This document shows, in pieces, positions 29,192 to 39,153 of a stretch of DNA of 64,000 nt. The stretch lies in the NCBI GenBank assembly GCA_964610875.1, contig CAZSWP010000012.1, positions 1 to 64,000 on the forward strand, in the 5' to 3' direction. Below the pieces are notes generated by a model. It made no database searches. It saw only the letters and a program-made list of their open reading frames with translations, and was not told the DNA's origin. Source of the DNA: an uncultured archaeon. Its GTDB lineage: Archaea; Asgardarchaeota; Thorarchaeia; Thorarchaeales; Thorarchaeaceae. Numbering within the stretch: the first letter of the stretch is position 1; each line of letters starts with the position of its first letter. The position numbers were made by a program, and so were the translations under genes.

Positions 29192-30010
29192 TTACTTCTT
29201 ACTTGCTAATGTTATCATCTCATCCAACATCTTATGGCCACCAAGAATGACATTCTCAAATCTATCAATCAATGATTTTTTGGAATCATAATTGGCAGTA
29301 GAGATATCTCCAATCTTTAGTTTAGCTTCTAGACGACTTCGTTCTTTTCGAAGATTCTTGAGCTTTTCATTCATTGATTTCAACCAAGTCTTGGACACCT
29401 TTATTGCTGTCTTAAGACCACGCCGTAAATCTCTGATTTTGATAAGAATCCTAGTCTTCTCCTCTTCAAAGACTTCAGGGTCAAGTTTTTTCTCAATCCC
29501 TTCCAGTTTCGAGAGTTTTGATTCATGTTCCTCAAGTTCGTCGAATATTCGTTTGATTGGCAATATGCCTTTGACTTTTCTCAGGTCTTGTCTTCTATTC
29601 TTAGTCTGCATGAGTCTCTCCTTGAGGTTCTCTGCACGTTCAGTTAGAAGTTCTTTATCTGCATGTTTCAAGTCTAAAGCATGGCGTGTAGCACGAATCT
29701 GTTCAATCAGGCTGTCCAATTCTTTGTCTAAGACATCTAATTCCGACTTAGAGAACAAACGGGCCATATCTCGTGGATCCATTCCATCAATATGAAATCC
29801 AAAATCAGGAAGATGCTCTTCCACATCCACTAGGACTTCTGATGTGGTATCTTCTGATATAAGCTTAGTTTCTACTATGTCTTGTGAAGAATCTGAGTCT
29901 TCTTGCCCTTCCTCCTTTTCAGGATGAAGAAGTTCTCCGCAGTACTTACAGTACTTACCATCAGACACTTCAAGACCACAATTCGGACATACAATGAGGT
30001 CCTCAGCCAT
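29192..30010 (-). CDS. Zinc-ribbon plus long coiled-coil protein
   Basis: CPNCG...KYCKYCG then heptad-rich helices ending LEAKLKIGDIS...Y. Confidence 0.8.
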   Translation of the reverse strand: MAEDLIVCPNCGLEVSDGKYCKYCGELLHPEKEEGQEDSDSSQDIVETKLISEDTTSEVLVDVEEHLPDFGFHIDGMDPRDMARLFSKSELDVLDKELDSLIEQIRATRHALDLKHADKELLTERAENLKERLMQTKNRRQDLRKVKGILPIKRIFDELEEHESKLSKLEGIEKKLDPEVFEEEKTRILIKIRDLRRGLKTAIKVSKTWLKSMNEKLKNLRKERSRLEAKLKIGDISTANYDSKKSLIDRFENVILGGHKMLDEMITLASKK

Positions 30011-30077
30011 CAACAGCCCTCGATATAGATTATTGAATCTTGATGGACACACCCATCAAACCGTCATGATACTTAAG

Positions 30078-30395
30078 TTAAATCAAAGTTCCAAGTTTTG
30101 CTGCCGCTTGATCAAGCTTTCCTTTTGAATTCACAATTGTATCTGTTCCGTATGAAGGTAGGACCTTCAATTCCTCCACAAGGAGAGCTATTGCTGTCTT
30201 GGGGTCAATTTCTTTCTGATCCAATGAACCGTCTGGAAAAGTAATTGATGCTTCAATCCACTTCTCCTTTGTTTCATCAGCAGGAAAGATACAATAGATA
30301 TAGTCATCATTGCTGCAGATGAAAGAAGGTGTATTCTCCCATGCTTGAGCCAGTACCGCTCCAAAGTTCTTTGCATTCTCTGCTTTGTCTGCCAT
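30078..30395 (-). CDS. Hypothetical protein
   Basis: GGTGA RBS, 105-aa ORF; no family recognised. Confidence 0.8.
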   Translation of the reverse strand: MADKAENAKNFGAVLAQAWENTPSFICSNDDYIYCIFPADETKEKWIEASITFPDGSLDQKEIDPKTAIALLVEELKVLPSYGTDTIVNSKGKLDQAAAKLGTLI

Positions 30396-30490
30396 CGATA
30401 TTCACCATCGTCGGCTAGATGAGATTGTAGCTTGCTAGTATCTCAACCTTATGACCTTTTCTGACATATCATTTCAGTTGTACCATCCTA

Positions 30491-31066
30491 TTATGGCTTA
30501 TGCCAGACAAAAGAGTAGTATGCTACATCGCCTGAGTCTTTGACTGTGGCAATAATAAATTTCTTACGAACACTGGTCGCAAGACGTCCTGCCCTTACGA
30601 TATCAAGAGGTACAACCCCTTTTCTTTGTGGAATCACATGTACAAGGAATGGTGCATGATCCTTTCCAGGGCCGTGCTCATATACTGAGAAATCAGTACC
30701 AAACTTCAGTCCAGGTCTCACAATATATCCAAGAACTCGTAGTTTTCTATAGACCGTTAATATATCTCGAAAATCTTCTGAGGTCTTTAAGCCTCTCTCA
30801 ATTACGTCCTCAAAAGATAGGATATTGCCTGTTGATGCATCAACCACAGATATCTTCCCAGCTTCAAGTAGATAAGCGGTTTCAATCAGGGACAATTCTA
30901 ACGGCTTCTCAAACTCTGGACTCTTTGGCTTCCTAATGCCTACTGGTTGTCCAAAATAATCATCTGCATAGAGTTGCGTCCCTTCTTCAGGATTCCACAC
31001 AATTGCTCTATCACCGGCAAGTTCGGCATGAGCTATCTTCTTATCATCTGACACAAGATGCACCAA
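30491..31066 (-). CDS. endA: tRNA-intron endonuclease
   Basis: LELSLIETAYL, VYRKLR..GY.VRPGLKFG.DF.VY, H.PFLV, GRLA.SVRK. Confidence 0.95.
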   Translation of the reverse strand: MVHLVSDDKKIAHAELAGDRAIVWNPEEGTQLYADDYFGQPVGIRKPKSPEFEKPLELSLIETAYLLEAGKISVVDASTGNILSFEDVIERGLKTSEDFRDILTVYRKLRVLGYIVRPGLKFGTDFSVYEHGPGKDHAPFLVHVIPQRKGVVPLDIVRAGRLATSVRKKFIIATVKDSGDVAYYSFVWHKP

Positions 31067-31072
31067 TGTATC

Positions 31073-31747
31073 TCAAGTATTGAGAGTTAATGATAGACTT
31101 CTTATTGTAATTGCTGCGTCTTCACTCAGATTTGAAATATCTTCCATCATATTCAAGAAATCTCTGAATCTCAAGAGGATGGCTATTTCGATATCTGAGT
31201 TATAGAGCAGACTCATAATCTCACGCTGTATAATATCTATTTGTTTTTCTAAGATACAGATTTGATTTGCGCGTTTCATAGAATTTTCCATGTTGATAGA
31301 TAGAAATCTCACAGCTTCACGCTGTTCTGTTATCTGATTGATTACCAGTTCTCCAAGTCTTGATACTTTTTCTCTGAGTTCGCCATCCGGCGTCCAACCT
31401 GAATGCTGAACGGCTGCTAGGTGGTAACATGCAATCTCTGCACCATCAACGAGTTTGTCATTATAGTGAACCAAGCGGAGTAGGTCCTCTCTTTGTAACA
31501 GTGAATTTGCATTTGCAAGCTCGCGTAGTATTTGTCTCTTGAGGTCATCACCCTGCTCTTCAAGATGAGTGATCTTTGTGAGGTCTTCCTTTTCCATGCT
31601 CTTGCCTTCATTCAGCCAATCAATAAGTGCTCCAGAAATGATTCTATTTGCGGTAAGTGCAACTCGGAAATGTTCCTCTAGCATCTTAGTGATATTTCCT
31701 AGTTCTGAGCTTATGTATCGTCCATTATCTAAGACCAATAATTGCAC
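31073..31747 (-). CDS. DUF47/PhoU-like phosphate transport regulator family
   Basis: LEEQGDDLKRQI, REDLLRLV...D, EDISNLSEDAA. Confidence 0.88.
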   Translation of the reverse strand: MQLLVLDNGRYISSELGNITKMLEEHFRVALTANRIISGALIDWLNEGKSMEKEDLTKITHLEEQGDDLKRQILRELANANSLLQREDLLRLVHYNDKLVDGAEIACYHLAAVQHSGWTPDGELREKVSRLGELVINQITEQREAVRFLSINMENSMKRANQICILEKQIDIIQREIMSLLYNSDIEIAILLRFRDFLNMMEDISNLSEDAAITIRSLSLTLNT

Positions 31748-31823
31748 CTCAACGATATTCTCGTGCCTATTGGAGTAGATTTAAGTCTTCGGTAAAGTGC
31801 TTTCGCCGAGAGGTTTTTCCATA

Positions 31824-32621
31824 ATGGAGCCATGGCAGATTATTGTGGCACTAATTCAGGGACTAGTTGAATGGTTGCCTATCTCCAGTGAAGGGCAAGC
31901 TGTATTATTCGTTTACAACTTTGGAGATGTTTCTGTGGAATCACTCATCACTTTGGTTGCTTGGCTTCATCTAGGTACCGCTCTTGCAGTTATCGTTCGT
32001 TATCCCAATACAATATTCGAAATAATCTCCCTCAAAGATCGTAATCTATTCAGACAGTTGCTCCTAGCCACAGGTGCAACAGCTATTACTGCGTTACCCA
32101 TGTACTTTCTTCTCAGAGAAGGACTGTTATTTTTCAATGGTGAGATTGTAAATGTTTTAGTTGGTGTTTTCCTACTTGTAACTGCAATTCTCCTATATCT
32201 TCCAACCCGAAATGTTACAGTTCTTGAAATACCTGATGAAGTTGTAGAACCTGATGACAAAATATCCACAATAACAGGTCTGGCTCAAGGATTCTCAATA
32301 CTACCTGGATTAAGCAGGTCTGGAACCACTATCTCTGTACTTCTAATGCAAAAAGTGAACAAGGAAACTGCTTTACGCTTCAGTTTTCTAATGAGTGTGC
32401 CAGCAGTTCTAGGTATTTTCACAATTGAACTCTTACTGGGAGGAGCTGTCTTACCAACAATTGCACCGATTGATCTACTACTAATGGAAATTATTGTCTT
32501 CTTTACAGGGCTCCTTTCAATGGAGATTCTTCTGCGAATTGCGCAAAGAATCAGTTTTTGGAAGTTCTGCCTAGTCCTTGGTGTGGTTGCAATCTTGTTT
32601 GGAACGCCTGCCTTTCTATGA
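31824..32621 (+). CDS. uppP: Undecaprenyl/polyprenyl-diphosphate phosphatase (BacA family)
   Basis: QGLVEWLPISSEG, HLGT, QG..ILPGLSRSG.TI, FSFLMSVP. Confidence 0.93.
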   Translation: MEPWQIIVALIQGLVEWLPISSEGQAVLFVYNFGDVSVESLITLVAWLHLGTALAVIVRYPNTIFEIISLKDRNLFRQLLLATGATAITALPMYFLLREGLLFFNGEIVNVLVGVFLLVTAILLYLPTRNVTVLEIPDEVVEPDDKISTITGLAQGFSILPGLSRSGTTISVLLMQKVNKETALRFSFLMSVPAVLGIFTIELLLGGAVLPTIAPIDLLLMEIIVFFTGLLSMEILLRIAQRISFWKFCLVLGVVAILFGTPAFL

Positions 32622-33338
32622 TTCACGCTTTTGAAACATGATGGCAATAGGTGCGTTGGCCTTCCTCCACTCTGCCAGTTTTCCCTCATAATTGAGAGGT
32701 ATAGGATGTCTACCGTGATTTCCAATAACCATGAATAAAGTGTCTGGTCTTGCCTGTTTATAGAGAACTTTTATCCAGTTATCGGTCCGCTTCACTATTT
32801 TTTCAAGAAGTTTCTTTGGAGGTGTCCTGTGTCCATACTGAGCATATAGACTCTCAAAATCTAGAAAATGGATGTAGAGTAGCTGACATTTGAAAACATG
32901 TTTTGTAGACTCGATATATGTTGACATATCATCACGGACACTTATTGTATACGATCTATCAAAATCAAATGTTTCCCGGTCATCTTCTCGACAGACTGCA
33001 CGAACCACTAAGTTCGAGTCTTGAGCATACTCTAGGACATTGAATCCTCCCAAGGGGTTTCCTGAGATTATGTTTTTAATTATTGATGCTGCATATGGAT
33101 CTTCACTTTCAATAACTGCAAGGACTTCCATGTTTTTGATAAGTCCCTCAGGTTTGTAGACAACAGCCTCGAAGAGACCAAAATTATCAATCATTACGAC
33201 AACAATGGATTTTGGACTGAACCTACTAGCAATTTCAGTATTTACAGAAGAGAGACTGATTGGAAGTTCAATCCCTAACATTTTCAATATGGTCGCAGGA
33301 TATTCTCCTGCACTTGTTCGTACTTGAGGGAATGACAT
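32616..33338 (-). CDS. Alkaline-phosphatase-superfamily-like protein with degenerate active site
   Basis: VVVMIDNFG and VIGNHG resemble the DG and DHG motifs of the superfamily. Confidence 0.6.
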   Translation of the reverse strand: MSFPQVRTSAGEYPATILKMLGIELPISLSSVNTEIASRFSPKSIVVVMIDNFGLFEAVVYKPEGLIKNMEVLAVIESEDPYAASIIKNIISGNPLGGFNVLEYAQDSNLVVRAVCREDDRETFDFDRSYTISVRDDMSTYIESTKHVFKCQLLYIHFLDFESLYAQYGHRTPPKKLLEKIVKRTDNWIKVLYKQARPDTLFMVIGNHGRHPIPLNYEGKLAEWRKANAPIAIMFQKRES

Positions 33339-33491
33339 GCTATTGTCCTCTTCTCATGAGTATGAGAGGTCAATAAAGGTAGTGGCCTATTGTAACTTTC
33401 ATACGTTTCCTGAAAAAGTGATGTGGTCTTGACTCCTGAGTTGAAACTTGACTTATGGAAGGATTAATAGACCTATAGAAAACTGACGTTC

Positions 33492-34460
33492 TTGATACCA
33501 ATGCCTACACTACAAGAGATTATCAATAACGATTCAATAAAATTCATACTTAGCGGTGGAAAGGGTGGTGTTGGAAAGACCAGTTGTGCTGGTGCGATGG
33601 CCGTACTATCTGCTAGAAGAGGTCTACGAACCCTCGTGCTTTCAACCGATCCCGCACACAGTCTAAGTGATAGTTTCCATCAAGACCTCTCAGGGGGAGA
33701 ACCAGTTCCCGTTGAGGGAGTTGAACATCTCTGGGGAATGGAGCTTGATACCGAAAAGGGCATGCAAGAATTCCAGGATACAATTGGTGGTGGAGGAATG
33801 GGTCCAGAGATGGAGATGGCCTCTTCTCTGATTGGTGACATGAGTGGTATGTCCCCTCCAGGTTCTGATGAAGCCATGGCATTTGGCAAAATACTGGAGT
33901 TCATTGAGGACTCATCCTATGACAGAGTAATCTTTGATACTGCTCCAACAGGGCATACTCTCAAACTCCTTGAACTACCAGATTTATTGGACAGCTGGCT
34001 AGGAAAAGTACTGACCATCAGACAGCGACTGAGCTCGATGATGTCTGGTCTTCGTGGTATGTTCGGTGGTGGTGGTGATGAGGAAACGCCATGGGAGATG
34101 TTACAGGCTACAAAGGAGAAGATCAAAGCAGCCCGTATCGAACTCTCTGACCCCAATATGACCCAGTTTGTTGTGGTAATGATACCTGAAGCTATGGCGG
34201 TCTTTGAAACCCAGCGTTTGTTTGGGAGTCTAAATGCTTGGAATATTCCTGCTTCTAATATCATTGTGAATCAATTAGTACCAAAGAATACGGATTGTAG
34301 ATTCTGTTCGAGTAGACGTGAAATGCAACAGAGGAACCTAGTTGATATAAAGGACCTTTACCAAGATTTGAATATAACCGAAGTGCCTCTGTTTGAGAAG
34401 GAAATAAGAGGTGTGGATGGTCTCATAGATCTTGGAAAGGTGCTTATTAGCGAGGCATGA
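33492..34460 (+). CDS. Get3/TRC40/ArsA-family ATPase (single domain, Get3-like)
   Basis: GGKGGVGKT, STDPAHSLSD, PG.DE, FDTAPTGHTL, Met-rich helical insert, C-terminal CRFC. Confidence 0.93.
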   Translation: MIPMPTLQEIINNDSIKFILSGGKGGVGKTSCAGAMAVLSARRGLRTLVLSTDPAHSLSDSFHQDLSGGEPVPVEGVEHLWGMELDTEKGMQEFQDTIGGGGMGPEMEMASSLIGDMSGMSPPGSDEAMAFGKILEFIEDSSYDRVIFDTAPTGHTLKLLELPDLLDSWLGKVLTIRQRLSSMMSGLRGMFGGGGDEETPWEMLQATKEKIKAARIELSDPNMTQFVVVMIPEAMAVFETQRLFGSLNAWNIPASNIIVNQLVPKNTDCRFCSSRREMQQRNLVDIKDLYQDLNITEVPLFEKEIRGVDGLIDLGKVLISEA

Positions 34461-34564
34461 TCAAAATGCGGTATAAAACTAAACGGAAAATTTACTCTGC
34501 GATATTTGTGCTGCTCTTCATAGCCTCAATTCTGGCTGCTGCATATCTAGTGTTCAAGGGATAG
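34457..34564 (+). CDS. 35-aa tail-anchored-type microprotein (below the ORF-track cutoff)
   Basis: ATGA overlap with the Get3-like stop; MIKMRYKTKRKIYSAIFVLLFIASILAAAYLVFKG*. Confidence 0.6.
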   Translation: MIKMRYKTKRKIYSAIFVLLFIASILAAAYLVFKG

Positions 34565-34568
34565 GAAA

Positions 34569-34712
34569 TTATACTCCCTTTACACGTTTAACGACTGGTG
34601 GACGAATCTTGTAGAGGATTCTACCTCCACAGTAGGGACATTTGACTCCTGGGAGTTGTTCTAATCCCTCTGGAGTTACTTCACGTTTGCAGGAATGACA
34701 TACATAGACCAT
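34569..34712 (-). CDS. rpoP: DNA-directed RNA polymerase subunit P (Rpo12)
   Basis: YVCHSC...KCPYCGGRILYKIRPPVVKRVK. Confidence 0.93.
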   Translation of the reverse strand: MVYVCHSCKREVTPEGLEQLPGVKCPYCGGRILYKIRPPVVKRVKGV

Positions 34713-34804
34713 GGAGATAACCTCGAATAGTAATCGGTGTTCTTTCACCACTACTATCTGGAATCAAAGGTTGCCAATATGAGGTTTTTCATTGGGCACT
34801 TTGA

Positions 34805-36397
34805 TTATTCCTTATTCTGAATGACTTCTCCTTCTACCAATCCTTCACTCAGAACTTTGAATATTCTAACACAAAGAAGGGTCCCTGGACTAAAACCTCC
34901 ACGAACTGTCATCAGAGGCCCTTCATTCAATGGATACACCATCGTAAAACCATGATGTGTTCCAGATGGCTCTGCAGCAATCCCCCTCATTATCTTACCC
35001 ACGTACTCTGTCTTTCTTGACCTATTGATTCGTGCGGCTTCCTTCTTGAGTCGCATTCCCAGCGGGTCCTTGGCACTTGATGGACGTGCTTCTGCAAAAG
35101 CTGACTCTGGTAGTGGGCGGAAACCATAAAGAATTATTCTCTCGGCTCCGGCTTCACTCACTTCTCGCATGAGTCTTATGGATTCTTCAACGGTCTTGGG
35201 CGTCTCTCCTGGTAGTCCATATATAAAGTAGATATGAGGCCTTAATCCATATTTAGATGATATTTTGACTGCTCTTACAATATCCTCAGGGGTGCCACAT
35301 TTTCCTATATCTCGCATATGTCTTGCCGAACCTGTTTCTAATCCAATATTTGGAGATGTCATTCCTGCGAACTCTGAAAGAATACGTGCAGTATCATCAT
35401 TCAATAAACAAGCTTTGACATTCTCTATTGAGAGATGGGCCTCTCCGCTTTGCATTTGTTTAATCTCAGATATCTTCTCAAGAAGCAAGCGTATTGCATT
35501 CACGTTGGGTTTTGGACTGCAAGGCGTTCTCACAGGATAACCACCTCGCATATAGTCAAAGAAACCTGGTGCTTCCAGTACAATTCGACGTACTCCTAAA
35601 TCTAAGAGTTCCTCTACTTCTTCGATTATGGTGTTCTGCATTTTGCTACGCGGAGGTCCCCAAACTGCAGGGACGCTGCAGAATCCACAACCTGGTGGGA
35701 TATCTTCTGGACATGAAACTCTGTCCTCAGATTTATCAGAATCGCAATTACCACAGTCACTACACATGCGGCCATCTGGTAATTCTAGGCGGGTTCTATT
35801 GAAATTTGAACAACCCCTCAATACCTCAACATAGACCTTACTAGCCTGATAGTAGGGATAATCTATGATTCTGGAAGTCGAAGGGTGATATTCCTTGGAT
35901 AGTTCTTCAGGACTCAGAAAGGGTCGTGGGTCATTTACTTTGACTGCTTTGCCCTTCCGATAAGCGATACCTAAAACATGTTCCAGTTGCACATCATTCT
36001 CGAGAAATCCAATATTAATCAACTCTGAAAGTGTTGCTTCGCCCTCTCCTCTTACAATGAGGTCTGGATTTATTTCTCTCAATAATCTATCAGCATCTGT
36101 AGCAATCGGTCCTCCTATCATAATTCGTCCTTGTTTTCTACGTTTTTTCCAACTATCAACTAATCTCTTTGTAGCCGGAAAGTCCATGCTCATCGCACTT
36201 ATTGCGAGATGGTCAAAGGAACGGAGTTTGAATTGTCCTGCTAGAACTACCTCTGCTCTTACTATTCTACATGGAATTCGATATTTTTCAAAGACTCCTG
36301 CAACACTTCTAGGACCACACCCAATGGAATCACGTGAGCTGGTACGTTGTCCTCTTCCAGCACTCAGCGCATCAATGATCAGTACTTTTCCGGGCAT
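34805..36397 (-). CDS. B12-binding-domain radical SAM protein with C-terminal TRAM-like region
   Basis: IGGP, GEGE, EVLRGC..(Cys-rich insert)..GCGFCSVP, GLETGS, YFIYGLPGET. Confidence 0.9.
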   Translation of the reverse strand: MPGKVLIIDALSAGRGQRTSSRDSIGCGPRSVAGVFEKYRIPCRIVRAEVVLAGQFKLRSFDHLAISAMSMDFPATKRLVDSWKKRRKQGRIMIGGPIATDADRLLREINPDLIVRGEGEATLSELINIGFLENDVQLEHVLGIAYRKGKAVKVNDPRPFLSPEELSKEYHPSTSRIIDYPYYQASKVYVEVLRGCSNFNRTRLELPDGRMCSDCGNCDSDKSEDRVSCPEDIPPGCGFCSVPAVWGPPRSKMQNTIIEEVEELLDLGVRRIVLEAPGFFDYMRGGYPVRTPCSPKPNVNAIRLLLEKISEIKQMQSGEAHLSIENVKACLLNDDTARILSEFAGMTSPNIGLETGSARHMRDIGKCGTPEDIVRAVKISSKYGLRPHIYFIYGLPGETPKTVEESIRLMREVSEAGAERIILYGFRPLPESAFAEARPSSAKDPLGMRLKKEAARINRSRKTEYVGKIMRGIAAEPSGTHHGFTMVYPLNEGPLMTVRGGFSPGTLLCVRIFKVLSEGLVEGEVIQNKE

Positions 36398-36542
36398 GGG
36401 ATACTACCTACTTGATCTTCTTCTTTCTGTCATCTATTCTTATTGCTAAGGACCAATAGAAATCACTTATATGTCACGCCTGAGTCATACTGAAAATAGC
36501 ATAGTTGCTAAATCATAGAATAATTAGGAGTACGATTGATTA

Positions 36543-36881
36543 GTGTCGGAAGACGCCGGAATTTGTCCAAACTGTGGCCTCCCCTCCGATTTGTGCGTGT
36601 GCGAGACCATCGCACAGGAGGATGCCCAAATCACTGTAACAATTGAACGACGCAAATGGGGCCGTTTGTATACTGTCGTCGAGGGTTTTGATAAGAATAT
36701 TGACCTTGGCGATTTGGCATCCAAATTAAAAAGCAAGCTTGCTTGTGGTGGAGCCGCCAAACATGGTCATGTTGAACTTCAAGGAGACCATCGAGGAGTC
36801 ATCCAGAATGTTCTCTCAAAACTTGGTTTTCCGGAAGATCAAATTGTTATTGACTGGTCCTTTGTTTCACGTAGACGTTAG
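36543..36881 (+). CDS. sui1: Translation initiation factor aIF1/SUI1
   Basis: CPNCGLP..LCVC, LKSKLACGG, ELQGDHR. Confidence 0.95.
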   Translation: MSEDAGICPNCGLPSDLCVCETIAQEDAQITVTIERRKWGRLYTVVEGFDKNIDLGDLASKLKSKLACGGAAKHGHVELQGDHRGVIQNVLSKLGFPEDQIVIDWSFVSRRR

Positions 36882-36950
36882 CCCTATCACTGATTTGTGC
36901 AAGCAGAGCCCTAAATTCACGTGGATGGATGCGAACTAGTTCAGTGATTA

Positions 36951-37919
36951 TTAGGTCATTGATAGGGAATCTATCTCCAACTTCTTCACAATTTCCTTGT
37001 ATCGATTTCTCACAGTGACCTCAGTCACTCTAGCCACGCTTGCAATCTCTCGTTGAGTCCGCCTCTCATCTAACATGATGGATGCTACATAAATTGCTGC
37101 TGCTGCGAGACCTAGTGGGTCTCTACCTATGGTAAGACCGAGGTCTCTACTGCGTTTCAGAATTTCGATAGTTCGAAGCTGTACTGGACTTGATAGTTCT
37201 AATTCCGAGGCAAAACGAGATATGTAATCAACAGGGTTTGAAAGAGGTATTCTAACCTTCAGACTCCTCAACAGTAGACGATAACACTGTCCGAGTTTCT
37301 TCTTATCCACCCTGGATGCATCAGCAACTTCATCCAATGGTCTTGGTTTCATGCGAATTCTACAAGCTGCATACAATGTGGCTGCTACCATCGCCTCAAT
37401 CGATCTACCACGAACAAGTTTCTTGATTATTGACTTGCGATACAAAAGGGCAGCAAGCTCGCGTATCGGTTTGGGTATACCTAACTGTGAAGAGAGCCTC
37501 TCCAACTCCGACATAGCCTGAGCTAGGTTCCTATCCAATGAACTGTGTACTCGGCTGCGGATTTGCCACTTGCGCAAACGATAGATCTCTGACCTACGTG
37601 TCGGACTAAGTCTTTTCCCAGAAGTGTCTCTGTCCCGCCAGTCGATGATGGTGGACAATCCTTTGTCGTGCACTGTATATCTCATAGGTGCGCCAACTCT
37701 GCTTCTTGAGTCGGCTTCTTCAGAACTAAATGCTCTCCACTCCGCACCGGTATCAATCCGATGGTCGGAAAGAACAAGACCACAATCACCACAGACACTT
37801 TCTCCCCGTGTCACATCCTCCACTACGGATGTTGAACCGCATTCAGGACATACAAGAACTTTTTCTGAATCTGAGTCAACCCCTGTAGTCGGTACCGACT
37901 TAGCAGACCTACCCACCAT
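36951..37919 (-). CDS. tfb: Transcription initiation factor IIB (paralog 2)
   Basis: CPECG Zn ribbon, GAEWRAF, HDKGLST, GRSIE, VTEVTVRNRYKEI. Confidence 0.97.
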   Translation of the reverse strand: MVGRSAKSVPTTGVDSDSEKVLVCPECGSTSVVEDVTRGESVCGDCGLVLSDHRIDTGAEWRAFSSEEADSRSRVGAPMRYTVHDKGLSTIIDWRDRDTSGKRLSPTRRSEIYRLRKWQIRSRVHSSLDRNLAQAMSELERLSSQLGIPKPIRELAALLYRKSIIKKLVRGRSIEAMVAATLYAACRIRMKPRPLDEVADASRVDKKKLGQCYRLLLRSLKVRIPLSNPVDYISRFASELELSSPVQLRTIEILKRSRDLGLTIGRDPLGLAAAAIYVASIMLDERRTQREIASVARVTEVTVRNRYKEIVKKLEIDSLSMT

Positions 37920-38101
37920 TGCTCCTCCATCACGCTTAGACCCGGAGTACTCATGGTTGTCAAGGATAATACGATGAAATCAAAAGATAATCTCCCGGAC
38001 CCACTAGCATTAATATGAAAATATGCTTTTAATGATTGTGAATTTGTCGAAGAGCTCTTCTACACTTTTAGAAGTGGATACTATAGTATCCTCTCATGAC
38101 A

Positions 38102-39082
38102 TCATGTGGTCTGGATGTACCCATCTTCAATGATGATGACCGTATGCTCGTGCTGTGATACAAAGTGTCCCTTCTCTTCTGCAAGGATGTGGTGAGAGAT
38201 CAAAGCACCATTTTGAGAGAGTTCTCGCACTGCCATCTTCATTGTGGCATGCCCCATCCTCTCTGCAATCCAACGTTCAGCAAAGGGGAACTCTTTGTAC
38301 CCCTTCCTTGCAATGCTCAAAAATTGGCGCGTTCCTTTGAATCTAACTGGCACACGAATTGGAAGAAGTTGATAGATGACTGGATTCGGAAGGTCCGATA
38401 CATTCCCCGAGCCAGTGCTTGCAAAGGTTTCAATTGCATATACTTCTCCTTCTTCGACAAGTACTTCAGACTTGCCAGATACACATGGCACTTGTTTCTC
38501 AGAGTGCAGTTCATATTCCATCATCTGATGACCAGTCAATTGTTTTACCGGTTTGAATCCTGCACTGACAATGGTGTCCTCAATGAGTGCTCCAATTGTG
38601 TTCAATTTAGCTCCCGGCCGCATCATCTTGATGGCAACGTTTGTTGCATCTACTGATGCTTTCACCAATGCTTCATGATCAGGATTCAAAGCAACAGTGA
38701 ACGCAGAATCAGAGATACACCCATCGATGTGGGCGCCAATATCTACTGTAACGAGGTCTCCTTCTTCTATGACTGTTTCATCATTGAGAGGCGAGGTATA
38801 GTGTGCCGCTACGTTATTGATTGCAACATTGCAGGGAAAAGCAAGTCCTGTGGCATTCTCAAGCACATGGTCTTCTGCTGCCTTAATAATATCAATGACC
38901 TTTGCGTCTGGTTTTATCAATGGTCGGGCAATCTTAAGTGCCTCCTTTGCAATAATTCCTGCTTGCTTCCACTTATCCCACGGGTCATCTGATTCCTCGG
39001 CTGTTTCTGATTCAGTAGGTTTCTCTTCTGGCACTCTGTTCACCTTGTCATGTATATATCCCTGCTGAGAGGATTGGCACAT
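38102..39082 (-). CDS. map: Methionine aminopeptidase type II (true start probably downstream)
   Basis: AFPCN, AAHYT, VDIGAHIDG...D.A.T, LTGH, AIE.FA, QHEHT. Confidence 0.95.
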   Translation of the reverse strand: MCQSSQQGYIHDKVNRVPEEKPTESETAEESDDPWDKWKQAGIIAKEALKIARPLIKPDAKVIDIIKAAEDHVLENATGLAFPCNVAINNVAAHYTSPLNDETVIEEGDLVTVDIGAHIDGCISDSAFTVALNPDHEALVKASVDATNVAIKMMRPGAKLNTIGALIEDTIVSAGFKPVKQLTGHQMMEYELHSEKQVPCVSGKSEVLVEEGEVYAIETFASTGSGNVSDLPNPVIYQLLPIRVPVRFKGTRQFLSIARKGYKEFPFAERWIAERMGHATMKMAVRELSQNGALISHHILAEEKGHFVSQHEHTVIIIEDGYIQTT

Positions 39083-39153
39083 AAAAGTGACGGAATAATC
39101 ACTTTATCAAAATGCATTATGTCTTACTATTGCAGAGAATGAATAATATGGTA

